Shown: positions 1 to 8,455 of the stretch, one piece after another
How positions within the stretch are numbered: the stretch's first letter is position 1
Layout: the number at the start of each line of letters is the position of its first letter
Translations under genes and position numbers: made by a program
Virus record (IMG/VR): IMGVR_UViG_3300025087_000055
Origin: an uncultured virus (IMG/VR IMGVR_UViG_3300025087_000055)
Lineage: Duplodnaviria > Heunggongvirae > Uroviricota > Caudoviricetes
DNA: 20,000 nt
Direction: 5' to 3' (one strand)
Notes under the pieces: model-generated
The model's database searches: none
What the model saw: the letters and a program-made list of their open reading frames with translations, nothing else
Told to the model about the DNA's origin: nothing

Positions 1-1
1 A

Positions 2-82
2 GCAAGAACAGAGATAGCAAGAAATAAAAAAGAAGCAACCAAATATGCTAAAGCATACATGAAAGAGCATAATAACTGTTAA
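2..82 (+). CDS. 3' end of a hypothetical protein (partial, runs in from the left)
   Basis: Open frame ARTEIARNKKEATKYAKAYMKEHNNC ending at TAA 80-82, followed by the RBS of the next gene. Confidence 0.5.
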   Translation, partial: ARTEIARNKKEATKYAKAYMKEHNNC

Positions 83-104
83 TATAACCAGCAAAGGAGG
101 TAAA

Positions 105-197
105 ATGAATCAACAACAAAAATTTAAAAAAGCAGCTCATACTTGCAAAGGAAAACCTAATTATAAGTCGTGCATGAAAAAGCAACTTAGGAAGTAA
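105..197 (+). CDS. Small basic protein (30 aa), not in the ORF track
   Basis: GGAGGT RBS just upstream of ATG; MNQQQKFKKAAHTCKGKPNYKSCMKKQLRK. Confidence 0.7.
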   Translation: MNQQQKFKKAAHTCKGKPNYKSCMKKQLRK

Positions 198-200
198 ATC

Positions 201-683
201 TTGGAGATAGAAAAACGAGAATGGGCATTAGCGATATCTTTTGCAGTATTAGGAATAATATTTGCTAGTAGAAATTGGATTCTACTTTTGAATAAACTTA
301 ATCCATATCAAGGATTCTTAGTTTATTATGCAATTATATTTTTATGTTTATTTATTTTAGCTAAGTTAGGGTTAGTTATATTTGATACAAAAGTTAAGAA
401 TATAAAACAAGTAATTGGAATGACTTTGATTTTCTTTGCCTTTTTTGTTATATTTAATTGGACAAGTCCATACATAAATCAAGTAACAACTGGAAGTTTG
501 GATGGTGCCTCAAAGATATTCTATTTTAGTGAAGATGGTGTTTTATGGACTTTTTGGTATAACTTGACAAAGAGTATTGATTTGTCTATCGTATTGACTT
601 ATGTACTTAGTCCGTTTCTTATTGTTTTATTAGCTTCCTTATTAATTAGAGACAAACCTAAGTTTATAGCACACGAATCTTAA
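201..683 (+). CDS. Integral membrane protein (~4 TM segments)
   Basis: 160-aa ORF with TTG start and four hydrophobic stretches; follows the previous stop by 3 nt. Confidence 0.75.
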   Translation: MEIEKREWALAISFAVLGIIFASRNWILLLNKLNPYQGFLVYYAIIFLCLFILAKLGLVIFDTKVKNIKQVIGMTLIFFAFFVIFNWTSPYINQVTTGSLDGASKIFYFSEDGVLWTFWYNLTKSIDLSIVLTYVLSPFLIVLLASLLIRDKPKFIAHES

Positions 684-717
684 TTATCTTTTATTTTACT
701 TTCTCCCTTACAACAAT

Positions 718-798
718 CAATTTAATCTTTTTATCTTTAGGTCTTGCAGGATATTCGAATCCTGTTATCTTATTGTAATATCTTTTTATTGTATTCAT
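718..798 (-). CDS. Hypothetical microprotein (26 aa)
   Basis: MNTIKRYYNKITGFEYPARPKDKKIK; ATGA overlap with the upstream ORF and a GAGGT RBS. Confidence 0.45.
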
Positions 799-935
799 TT
801 CATTACCTCTAGTTTCAATTCTTTTAACCACGCCTCAAACTCATAATCAGGGATATCGTTCTTCCCTTTATTAAATGCTATTCTCAATAAATGGTTTGCA
901 TGTCTTTTAGTTATTGCTTCTAGTTTAATCTTCAT
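795..935 (-). CDS. Hypothetical small protein (46 aa)
   Basis: MKIKLEAITKRHANHLLRIAFNKGKNDIPDYEFEAWLKELKLEVMK; ATGA overlaps at both ends. Confidence 0.6.
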   Translation of the reverse strand: MKIKLEAITKRHANHLLRIAFNKGKNDIPDYEFEAWLKELKLEVMK

Positions 936-1153
936 TTTCTTTGTCCTACAGACTTCCATAGTCTTCTATTCTTTCTTAACTGTAGATACTTCTTATAAGG
1001 AACTTTCTCCATTCTTAATGCTTGTTCAACATAATATTGGATTATACCTTCTAAGTTTATAGAGTATCTCTGCCAAATTTCATCACGAATCTTTGTATTA
1101 AACTTCGTTCTGATTAACTTTGTTAATTCGCTATGTATTTGTTCTTTATTCAT
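932..1153 (-). CDS. Hypothetical protein (73 aa)
   Basis: ORF track; overlaps its neighbours as part of an operon. Confidence 0.65.
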   Translation of the reverse strand: MNKEQIHSELTKLIRTKFNTKIRDEIWQRYSINLEGIIQYYVEQALRMEKVPYKKYLQLRKNRRLWKSVGQRK

Positions 1154-1823
1154 CTTCTTTTTTCCTTTTCATCCCCGCTTTATCTGAATATTTATCTTTA
1201 TGTCTATAACCTTTAAAGTCATCAAACATATCAATCCTTAACTTAGCCATCTGTCCTGTTTTTAAATTGTGAAAGACTATTCCTTCTGGCTTCTTGTCTA
1301 TTCTCTTTTTCTTCATTAATAAGCTAAATATTCCACCATCTTTAATATCATCAAGAAACCACTTCTTTAGACCTTCGAAAGTCTTAGAATATTTGTGAAA
1401 ACTTTTATAAGCCAAATGGTCTCTACAATAAGTATTAAATGGCAACCAAAGATGTCCTTTAATTTTTAAAGGATTACCATTTAATTTTTCTCCAACTACT
1501 TCTCCGAAGTGTTGTCCGTCAGGAAGTTCAGTATATCCTCTTTTGAAACTTTCCATAATAGCTTCAACAATAAATTCTTTTCCTTTGCAGAAAAAAGGTA
1601 TTCTATTTGTCCTATTCCATATACTACTTATTATTCCGTTCTCAATAACTATTGAAACATCCGTACCATCTAATTTTTCAGTTGCGAGAACGTCATTTTC
1701 ATTTCCTTCAAAAACCCAATCATATCCTTCTGTAATCTCTGGTGTTACTACATAATCTCCTTTATCATTAATCTTCCTTATAAAAGGACTTTCTAATTTT
1801 GGGAAATCATTTATTTTAATCAT
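1146..1823 (-). CDS. ATP-dependent RNA ligase-like nucleotidyltransferase
   Basis: Motif I TEKLDGT, motif III-like FGEVVG, motif IV PEGIVF, motif V MAKLR; stand-alone adenylation domain; GGAGG RBS. Confidence 0.8.
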   Translation of the reverse strand: MIKINDFPKLESPFIRKINDKGDYVVTPEITEGYDWVFEGNENDVLATEKLDGTDVSIVIENGIISSIWNRTNRIPFFCKGKEFIVEAIMESFKRGYTELPDGQHFGEVVGEKLNGNPLKIKGHLWLPFNTYCRDHLAYKSFHKYSKTFEGLKKWFLDDIKDGGIFSLLMKKKRIDKKPEGIVFHNLKTGQMAKLRIDMFDDFKGYRHKDKYSDKAGMKRKKEDE

Positions 1824-1844
1824 AATATCCTCCTTTTATTGTTT

Positions 1845-2039
1845 TCATTCTATTATCTCCATTATTGCATGACCACATTTACATATTAACCATTCTTCTT
1901 CTACATTAGGATGTCCTCTTACTGGAACTCCTGATTCAATATTATTCTGTCCAATTCTATGACAAACAGGACATTTTATGTCTTCATAGGTCATTTGTGT
2001 ATCTCTGTAATAATCTCCCCATTCATGCCCAGTTTTCAT
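1845..2039 (-). CDS. Small zinc-ribbon protein
   Basis: CPVC...CKCG. Confidence 0.65.
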   Translation of the reverse strand: MKTGHEWGDYYRDTQMTYEDIKCPVCHRIGQNNIESGVPVRGHPNVEEEWLICKCGHAIMEIIE

Positions 2040-2635
2040 TTCTTTTTCTCCTGTGCAGAAACGTCTTCAATTCTGCACTGAACTTGGTTTGGAGCTTCAT
2101 TTCCCCAAACATCCCAACCTTCAATTCTTTCACGAGCAAATAACTCTATTCTTGGTAAGTTGCCATATAACTTTACAATTCTTTCTCTAACTTCACTTGG
2201 TTTCTTAGAATGATTTGTTACTGGAGATAATACAATTTGCTTAATACTTTTATCTTTACGTGATAAATATTTTCCATTTAGTCCAATTAAACATAATTCT
2301 GCATTAGAATTTGTATATTTTCCTAATCCAGACCTAATCCCTTTTGTTGTTGTTTTTACCCATACAAATCCACAAGTTCGGTATTCAAATCCCCATGCGT
2401 TCATTACTTTAAAAGATTTTTGTAATAAGGGCATAGTAGTCCATAAAAATAATATGGCATCTTTTTCTGCAATATGCTTTATCGGGAGATTACAAAGCTC
2501 ATCAATCTTCATAACTTGATAACTTATCCCACCATATTTTTTAGGTCTATCTGAACTTGGATTCTCTCTTTTATCGGTATAGAACCATGGCGGGTCAGCG
2601 TATATAATTTTATACTTTTTATTTGGTAAATTCAT
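2036..2635 (-). CDS. MT-A70 family adenine methyltransferase
   Basis: IIYADPPW catalytic motif, LFLWTT, WGFEY, HSKKP, RIELFAR...GWDVWGNE. Confidence 0.92.
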   Translation of the reverse strand: MNLPNKKYKIIYADPPWFYTDKRENPSSDRPKKYGGISYQVMKIDELCNLPIKHIAEKDAILFLWTTMPLLQKSFKVMNAWGFEYRTCGFVWVKTTTKGIRSGLGKYTNSNAELCLIGLNGKYLSRKDKSIKQIVLSPVTNHSKKPSEVRERIVKLYGNLPRIELFARERIEGWDVWGNEAPNQVQCRIEDVSAQEKKK

Positions 2636-2925
2636 TTTTGTTTGCCTCCGTCTTCTTTCCCGTACTTTCCAATCAGTTTTTCTTTTAATTGTTGTAAATC
2701 TTGAATGATTATAATTACTCTTGAATATCTAACGCTTGGCTTTGTTATATTGTTCTCTTTAATAAAATAATTCCAATAATTTATCTTCATATCAATCTCA
2801 CTTGCTATGTGTCCTTTGAGTTCTTCAAACTCTGTGGGATATATCTTAACAAATCCAACATCATGCTCATCAATATCTCCTTCCGATTGACTGTTCCACC
2901 ACAAGTCTAATATTCCTTTTCTCAT
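2632..2925 (-). CDS. Hypothetical protein (97 aa)
   Basis: ORF track; ATGA coupling on both sides. Confidence 0.65.
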   Translation of the reverse strand: MRKGILDLWWNSQSEGDIDEHDVGFVKIYPTEFEELKGHIASEIDMKINYWNYFIKENNITKPSVRYSRVIIIIQDLQQLKEKLIGKYGKEDGGKQK

Positions 2926-3140
2926 TTCAGTTCTCCTTGTCCAGTCTTTCTATACAAAGACATAATAGTATTCATCTTAACTTCTTTACAATGCTTTTCA
3001 CAATAATAATTTTTCTCTGCATCTGGGTCTGCCATTCCTAAACTATGGGTCGCTTCTTTTTTACATTTAGGAAATTGACATTCTATTGGTTTCCTTCTTT
3101 GAGGTATTCTACTTTCAGGTAATTTATATCTCTTACTCAT
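2922..3140 (-). CDS. Small zinc-finger protein (probable start MSKRY at 3140)
   Basis: CQFPKC...YYCEKH; ATGA overlap at 3137-3140 favours the internal start. Confidence 0.6.
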   Translation of the reverse strand: MSKRYKLPESRIPQRRKPIECQFPKCKKEATHSLGMADPDAEKNYYCEKHCKEVKMNTIMSLYRKTGQGELK

Positions 3141-3667
3141 TTTACATTTTCTCCAGTCTTTGCGTAACGCCAAGTTATTAATTCGTTTCCAATAAATGTA
3201 TGAGTTACTTGAATTGTTTGGCTTATATTCCCAATCTGGACAGTAAAGTCATAAATACAAGTATAACTATCAAAATCCCCGCTCCATTGAATCAATTTGC
3301 CAGATGTCTGTCCTGTTCTAGATTCTCCGTTAAGATAATTCTCTGCTTGTTTCTGCATATCATAAAAGATTGGATTTAATTCCATTGTTTGTTTATCTAC
3401 TTCTCTTCCTAGTTCACAATATCTTCTATCTCTCGAGTTGTTAGAAATAGGATTCACACTAAAAATCAAGATTATAAACAAAATTGGAATTACCAAAATC
3501 CACCAATATCTATTATCAAACTTCATTTGCTTACCTTTTGTGTACTTCTTAGGATAACTCCAACTCCCTATTGTCCAATATTCAATATGTCTTCCGACGA
3601 AATAACCCATTAGTAATAATCCTATTAGACTTATCATAATAATTAGTCCTTCCTGTATAGTTATCAT
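3137..3667 (-). CDS. Membrane-anchored protein (2 TM segments plus soluble domain)
   Basis: Two hydrophobic segments, followed by a domain with two Cys. Confidence 0.65.
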   Translation of the reverse strand: MITIQEGLIIMISLIGLLLMGYFVGRHIEYWTIGSWSYPKKYTKGKQMKFDNRYWWILVIPILFIILIFSVNPISNNSRDRRYCELGREVDKQTMELNPIFYDMQKQAENYLNGESRTGQTSGKLIQWSGDFDSYTCIYDFTVQIGNISQTIQVTHTFIGNELITWRYAKTGENVK

Positions 3668-4137
3668 TCTATTGGTACCAACCTTTTATTGAATCTTCTT
3701 TTAGCATTCTTTTCCATTTGTCTTTTTCTATAAACTGAATTAGTCCAATAAACTATTGTACTAAATGAAACTCCAAGCTCTTTAGCTATTTCAGTTTTAG
3801 AATCTCCTTCTTTAAGTCTTTGTCTAATAAAATCTAAATGTTTTTGGTCTAAAACAAATCTTTTATCCCCTTGCTTTTTCCATTCATCTAGTTTCTTTGT
3901 AATATTTATAATTCTAATTCCATGACAACAAGGTTCTGGGTCTAATGTTCCTTCATTAATTATCCATTGTTTTAATCCATCTACTGCTTCAATAAAGCCC
4001 TGTCTTCTAGCTCTTCTATGTAATGTTGCAGGATATTCAGACTCTTTATATTCTTTAATAATTCTTTTCTTCCATTCTTTCAGTTGTTTTCCTGTAAAAG
4101 TTAATTTGTCTTTATTCTTTAGATTGTATGCTTTCAT
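3664..4137 (-). CDS. Protein with C-terminal helix-turn-helix
   Basis: LKEGDSKTEIAKELGVSFSTIVYW is a typical HTH. Confidence 0.75.
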   Translation of the reverse strand: MKAYNLKNKDKLTFTGKQLKEWKKRIIKEYKESEYPATLHRRARRQGFIEAVDGLKQWIINEGTLDPEPCCHGIRIINITKKLDEWKKQGDKRFVLDQKHLDFIRQRLKEGDSKTEIAKELGVSFSTIVYWTNSVYRKRQMEKNAKRRFNKRLVPIE

Positions 4138-7064
4138 AGTTTATCTCCTACGTTTACCTCATCAATTCTGTACCTATTTTGAATATCAAAACCTATATTG
4201 TACATATTCTTTTTATATCTATAAGTTATGTCATTAAGAAGTCTGATTTTACTTTCTCCGCTTATCTTATCAAGCACATAGTCTATAACTCTTGTAAAGT
4301 AATAGTTCTCATCATCTTTTGCAGGGTCAAACAAGTTATAAGTTAATATCAGTTTCATCTCTCCAAAATGTTTGGCAAATAGAATATCTAAATCTTTCAT
4401 ATAGTAAGAAAATGCTCCGCAATAATCAAGCCATATAAAGTCAAATTTCTCTTCTGAATCTATTAGATACTGTAAAGCAGATGTATTAATACATTCTATA
4501 TTTAGAGTCGTCTTATAGTTTCTTAATTCTTCTGCAAGTCTTTTAAACTCTAAATGATTTGGAATCACTATCTTTCTTGGTTTTATACCTTTCTTTTCTA
4601 TCTCTTTCAAAGCAGACAAATCGGGACTTTCTAATAATAAAACATTATCCCCATCTTTAATCTTTGATATTATCTTGTCTCTAATGTCCATTTTGTCTTC
4701 TTTAGATTTAAATTGTTCCTTATGCAATCCCTCATAAGTTTTACCTTTGCCTTTTTGCTTTTGTTTGGTTGGAATAATTAAAGTTTTAGGTGTATATTTA
4801 GTTATTATATTTATATTATTAGCTGGGGATTCTACACCCATTCTTATTCTGATGCTCTTGCTTTTGATTAATTCCCTAATGGATTTATATGAAAAATTAC
4901 TTCTCTTAGAAAGATTATGCAATGATGTGCCTTTAAGATATTGTTTTATTAAATACTCCTTTTTAGATTCTGGAATAAAGTGATATTTCTCACTAGCAAT
5001 CGTTGAACAAGATTTAATTGGTATATCTTTAGAAATAAATAACTCTTTAATTAAGTCCTTATTCGTATCTAATTCTTTTGCTACACCACTAAGAGACATT
5101 CCTTTTTTTCTATAAATCTCTTTTGCAAGAGGAAAAATAGATTCTAACCGATTTATCTTTTTTATGTGTTGCCATTTATATTGACATTGTCTAGAGCAAG
5201 TTATCCATTCCTTATAAGAAGGTCTATCAAAACTCATTCCGCAAACTTTACAAATAAATGTTTTATGTTTTTTAGCATCCTTGACACTATATCTCTCACC
5301 AAAAAAATCAGTCATTAAATCTATCCATTTCTTTCCGAATCTTTCTTCGTATAAACTATAACTTGCTTTTTCTAAATCAGTTGTTCTAGGAATCCTGCCT
5401 TTTTTGTTTTTTAACTCAAACAGATGTTCCATAAGCTCTTTATCATTATATCTCCTCTGGAATTTTTCATTATTCTCTTTCAGAAAATTATTAAACGAGC
5501 CATATAATTTTTCATACCACCATAAACCATATCTGCCATTCTTGCGATTAATATCTAAACTATTTGGCTTTCTATTAATTCTTTTCTTAATCTCAAAGTA
5601 TTGTTTAATTAGCAAATCCTTAGTTGGGGGGTGCTTTTCCATAGTACCAATACCTTTTAATATTTTTATTCCATATTGATTCATTCTACCATATATTGTG
5701 TCTACCCCGCACCCAAATATTCGTGCAATTTCTTTGCAAGACCTTTTTTCAACGTGATGTAATCTTATTAAATCTTCAGATGTTATATTAATTTTTTCTC
5801 CATTCATTTGTCTGTTAAATTCATTAATTACTCTTTCTTCAAACTCTACTTCACATCCTATTGGAAGCTGAACTATTTCTCTTATGTCTCTTGCTTTATT
5901 ACTTGATTTAGTTATTTGTTTTCCTTGATAAATATAATTCTCAAATCCCTTGTTATAGTTTCCAACAAAATCTATAATCAATAACTTATCGTAATTACTG
6001 ATATTTTTTAATCCTTCTATATTGTATAGTCCTCTTCCATTATGTTGATTGTCTTTTATCTTAGACATAGTGGGTCTTAATTTCAGTACAACATCTACTG
6101 ATGGAAGATGTAATCCTTCTCCAATAATCTCACAATTAAATAACATTTGATATTCTCCATTACTAAAATCTTCTAAAATTTTATTTCTCTTTTCTTCTTT
6201 CATTGTTCTTCCTTTCTTTGAACCTCCCCATATAGCCACAGACCTTATTCCATTTTCGTTAAATAATTGAGCCATTCTTATTGCTTCATCTACACTAACA
6301 CAAAATCCAATTCCTTTTCTATTTTGTGCTTTTTCTTTAAATTCTTTAATTATAGCCTCATCTCTTTCCGATACAAAATATGCTTTTCCAAGTTCTTTTA
6401 CATCATATTTACAATGCCCTTCTTTTGTTCTATAAGATTTAATCTCATCATAATTACACCATTTATCCCAAAGAAATAGATATTTAAATGGTCTTAACCA
6501 TCCTCTATTAATTGCCTCGTAGGCATCTATATTGACTATTATCTTATTATCATATAATGGCATGATGTCTATCTGGTCTGTTCTATTAGGTGTTGCAGTC
6601 ATACCTAACAAAAACTTCGGTTTGAAATATTCAAATATTCTCTTATATGAAACTGCCCCAGCATGATGTGTTTCATCAATTATAATATAATCAAATTCTT
6701 CAGGTCTAAAAGAAGATAAATATTTCTTTTGTCTAATAGTCATAATGTTTGCAAATAAAACTTCTGCTCCAACTTCTTTTTTAGATTTATATAAAAACCC
6801 TATTTTTTTTGTTTGATTCAATAATTTAAAGTCTTTAGCGTGTTGATATAGAAGATTATGATTATGAGCTAAAACAAGTATCTTTCCTTTATCTCCTGCA
6901 ACTCTTAAAGCATCTGACAGTGAAGCTAATGTTTTGCCTAACCCTGTGGCAAATATTAATAATCCTTTTGTATTGCCTTGTTTTCTGCTTTCTTCTACTT
7001 TATCTAAAAATAGTCTTTGAGCAGTTCTTAACTCTAATTTTGGTTGTTCCAATATCTGTTCCAT
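4134..7064 (-). CDS. SF2 (ResIII-like DExH) helicase fused to HTH and homing-endonuclease-associated repeats, a Zn ribbon and a C-terminal SAM-methyltransferase-like domain
   Basis: ATGLGKT (Walker A), IIIDETHH, MTATP, GFCVSV, EGLHLP, GRGL; central KEIARIFGCGVDTI HTH, two 'P...D......Y...(Y/F)G..(F/W)' repeats and CKVC..CSRQC; C-terminal VLLLES...SALQYL...FDFIWLDYCG. Confidence 0.85.
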   Translation of the reverse strand: MEQILEQPKLELRTAQRLFLDKVEESRKQGNTKGLLIFATGLGKTLASLSDALRVAGDKGKILVLAHNHNLLYQHAKDFKLLNQTKKIGFLYKSKKEVGAEVLFANIMTIRQKKYLSSFRPEEFDYIIIDETHHAGAVSYKRIFEYFKPKFLLGMTATPNRTDQIDIMPLYDNKIIVNIDAYEAINRGWLRPFKYLFLWDKWCNYDEIKSYRTKEGHCKYDVKELGKAYFVSERDEAIIKEFKEKAQNRKGIGFCVSVDEAIRMAQLFNENGIRSVAIWGGSKKGRTMKEEKRNKILEDFSNGEYQMLFNCEIIGEGLHLPSVDVVLKLRPTMSKIKDNQHNGRGLYNIEGLKNISNYDKLLIIDFVGNYNKGFENYIYQGKQITKSSNKARDIREIVQLPIGCEVEFEERVINEFNRQMNGEKINITSEDLIRLHHVEKRSCKEIARIFGCGVDTIYGRMNQYGIKILKGIGTMEKHPPTKDLLIKQYFEIKKRINRKPNSLDINRKNGRYGLWWYEKLYGSFNNFLKENNEKFQRRYNDKELMEHLFELKNKKGRIPRTTDLEKASYSLYEERFGKKWIDLMTDFFGERYSVKDAKKHKTFICKVCGMSFDRPSYKEWITCSRQCQYKWQHIKKINRLESIFPLAKEIYRKKGMSLSGVAKELDTNKDLIKELFISKDIPIKSCSTIASEKYHFIPESKKEYLIKQYLKGTSLHNLSKRSNFSYKSIRELIKSKSIRIRMGVESPANNINIITKYTPKTLIIPTKQKQKGKGKTYEGLHKEQFKSKEDKMDIRDKIISKIKDGDNVLLLESPDLSALKEIEKKGIKPRKIVIPNHLEFKRLAEELRNYKTTLNIECINTSALQYLIDSEEKFDFIWLDYCGAFSYYMKDLDILFAKHFGEMKLILTYNLFDPAKDDENYYFTRVIDYVLDKISGESKIRLLNDITYRYKKNMYNIGFDIQNRYRIDEVNVGDKL

Positions 7065-7065
7065 G

Positions 7066-7212
7066 TTATAAACTACCTCTCGTTTCCCAAGCTAACTTCC
7101 CAGCACAATGTTGGTCACAAGTTTTAGCTTTATCACTTCTCTTCTCTTTTATATGGCACACCATGCAAAGTCCAAGTTTGCGGGTTTTCCACGCTTTTTG
7201 TTGAGCATTCAT
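7066..7212 (-). CDS. Small Zn-finger protein (48 aa) with two AW(K/E)TR motifs, not in the ORF track
   Basis: MNAQQKAWKTRKLGLCMVCHIKEKRSDKAKTCDQHCAGKLAWETRGSL; ATGA-coupled to the upstream gene; contains the GAGGT RBS of the helicase. Confidence 0.7.
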   Translation of the reverse strand: MNAQQKAWKTRKLGLCMVCHIKEKRSDKAKTCDQHCAGKLAWETRGSL

Positions 7213-7358
7213 TTAAGTTCCTTGAATGATTTAGTTTTAAAGAATTTCTCTGATAATATTTTTAGTACGGACTCTTGAAGATTTTTTAAATCATAATCTA
7301 TCTTATACCTCTTTAACTCCTTGTTTAATTCTTCTGGAATATCTAATTGTATTTGCAT
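7209..7358 (-). CDS. Ribbon-helix-helix-like regulator (49 aa), not in the ORF track
   Basis: MQIQLDIPEELNKELKRYKIDYDLKNLQESVLKILSEKF: alternating beta strand then two helices; leaderless, 21 nt after the TATA box. Confidence 0.7.
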   Translation of the reverse strand: MQIQLDIPEELNKELKRYKIDYDLKNLQESVLKILSEKFFKTKSFKELK

Positions 7359-7379
7359 AATATATCTAAATATAGGAAG

Positions 7380-7393
7380 TATTTAAATGTTTC
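7380..7393 (-). promoter_or_regulatory. Archaeal BRE/TATA promoter
   Basis: GAAACATTTAAATA, 21 nt before ATG 7358. Confidence 0.7.
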
Positions 7394-7755
7394 TAAAAAG
7401 GAAATCCTGCCGATGGTCTACAAACACCTGATGAAGGATTATCTTTTGTTCCGCTTTCAGCTAAAAACGATTCTGAACATTCTCCTGCACCTCTGTTACA
7501 CTTTGGATTAATACAAACATACTGGTCTGGGCAATTACTTGCTCTATTTGGATAACTAGCTCCGTTTTGATATTCATACCAATTACCATATTGTTTAATC
7601 CAAGACTCTTTTTCTTCTATACTCTGGAAAGTATATGTTTGACATTTCTGCGGAAAGATATAATCTTTAAACAATGTAAAAGATAATAAAGCAAAGATTA
7701 TTAAGACCCAGAACCACCATTTTTTAAATATGGAATGATTTTTAGTCATCTTCAA
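7393..7755 (-). CDS. Membrane-anchored Cys-rich extracellular protein
   Basis: N-terminal KKWWFWVLIIF anchor; 6 Cys in the soluble part. Confidence 0.75.
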   Translation of the reverse strand: MKMTKNHSIFKKWWFWVLIIFALLSFTLFKDYIFPQKCQTYTFQSIEEKESWIKQYGNWYEYQNGASYPNRASNCPDQYVCINPKCNRGAGECSESFLAESGTKDNPSSGVCRPSAGFPF

Positions 7756-8405
7756 TCAGCAGTAGCTGGACAATCATAATATCGGTCTATATAATTTTTA
7801 ATTGTTTCTTCATTATTTTGAAGTCTTGCATCAATTATAATTCCTTTGTTTTCTTCGTTACATATAAAACTCCTCTTGTCTTTAGGAACATGATAATAAA
7901 TTACTCCCTTATAATATCTGTTCTCCACTTCTATATTTAGCTCTTCGTAAGAATTAAGATTGTCTAAGCAATCCTTTGGTAAAGATGGTGAATTTCCTGT
8001 CCCTGTAAGAATTATATCTTTTATCAATAAATTTGAATATGGGGGGTCTGATAGTTCCCAAGCTAACACTCCACAATCAATAGCTAACTTCGTTCCATCT
8101 ATCCTTGTTGAATATCTACAAATATACTCCACTCCAGATTTAGACTTAAACTCCCCTAATCCTTGAACTTCATTTAGATTATAATTTTCTATGAATTTAG
8201 GCTCGACATTCTGGCAAGACGGATTCCCACCAGTAGCGTAACACTTACCTTCCGAACATACAGCAGGATAACCTAAATTTTGACATTGAGAATTTGAAGA
8301 ACAGGATTTATTATTCCCAGAAAAAAGTCCAAACCCACCACCAATAATAACGATAGCAACAATCGCACCAATAACCCAATAAAGAGCATTAGATTTCTTT
8401 GCCAT
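7752..8405 (-). CDS. Membrane-anchored/secreted Cys-rich protein
   Basis: N-terminal TM helix, CSSNSQC...CSEGKC disulfide-type module, more paired Cys. Confidence 0.75.
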   Translation of the reverse strand: MAKKSNALYWVIGAIVAIVIIGGGFGLFSGNNKSCSSNSQCQNLGYPAVCSEGKCYATGGNPSCQNVEPKFIENYNLNEVQGLGEFKSKSGVEYICRYSTRIDGTKLAIDCGVLAWELSDPPYSNLLIKDIILTGTGNSPSLPKDCLDNLNSYEELNIEVENRYYKGVIYYHVPKDKRSFICNEENKGIIIDARLQNNEETIKNYIDRYYDCPATAD

Positions 8406-8425
8406 ACTTTTAGAAGATTTGCTCC

Positions 8426-8439
8426 TTTTTATATCTTTC
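8426..8439 (-). promoter_or_regulatory. Archaeal BRE/TATA promoter
   Basis: GAAAGATATAAAAA, 20 nt before ATG 8405. Confidence 0.55.
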
Positions 8440-8455
8440 TTTTTTGAATTTTACT

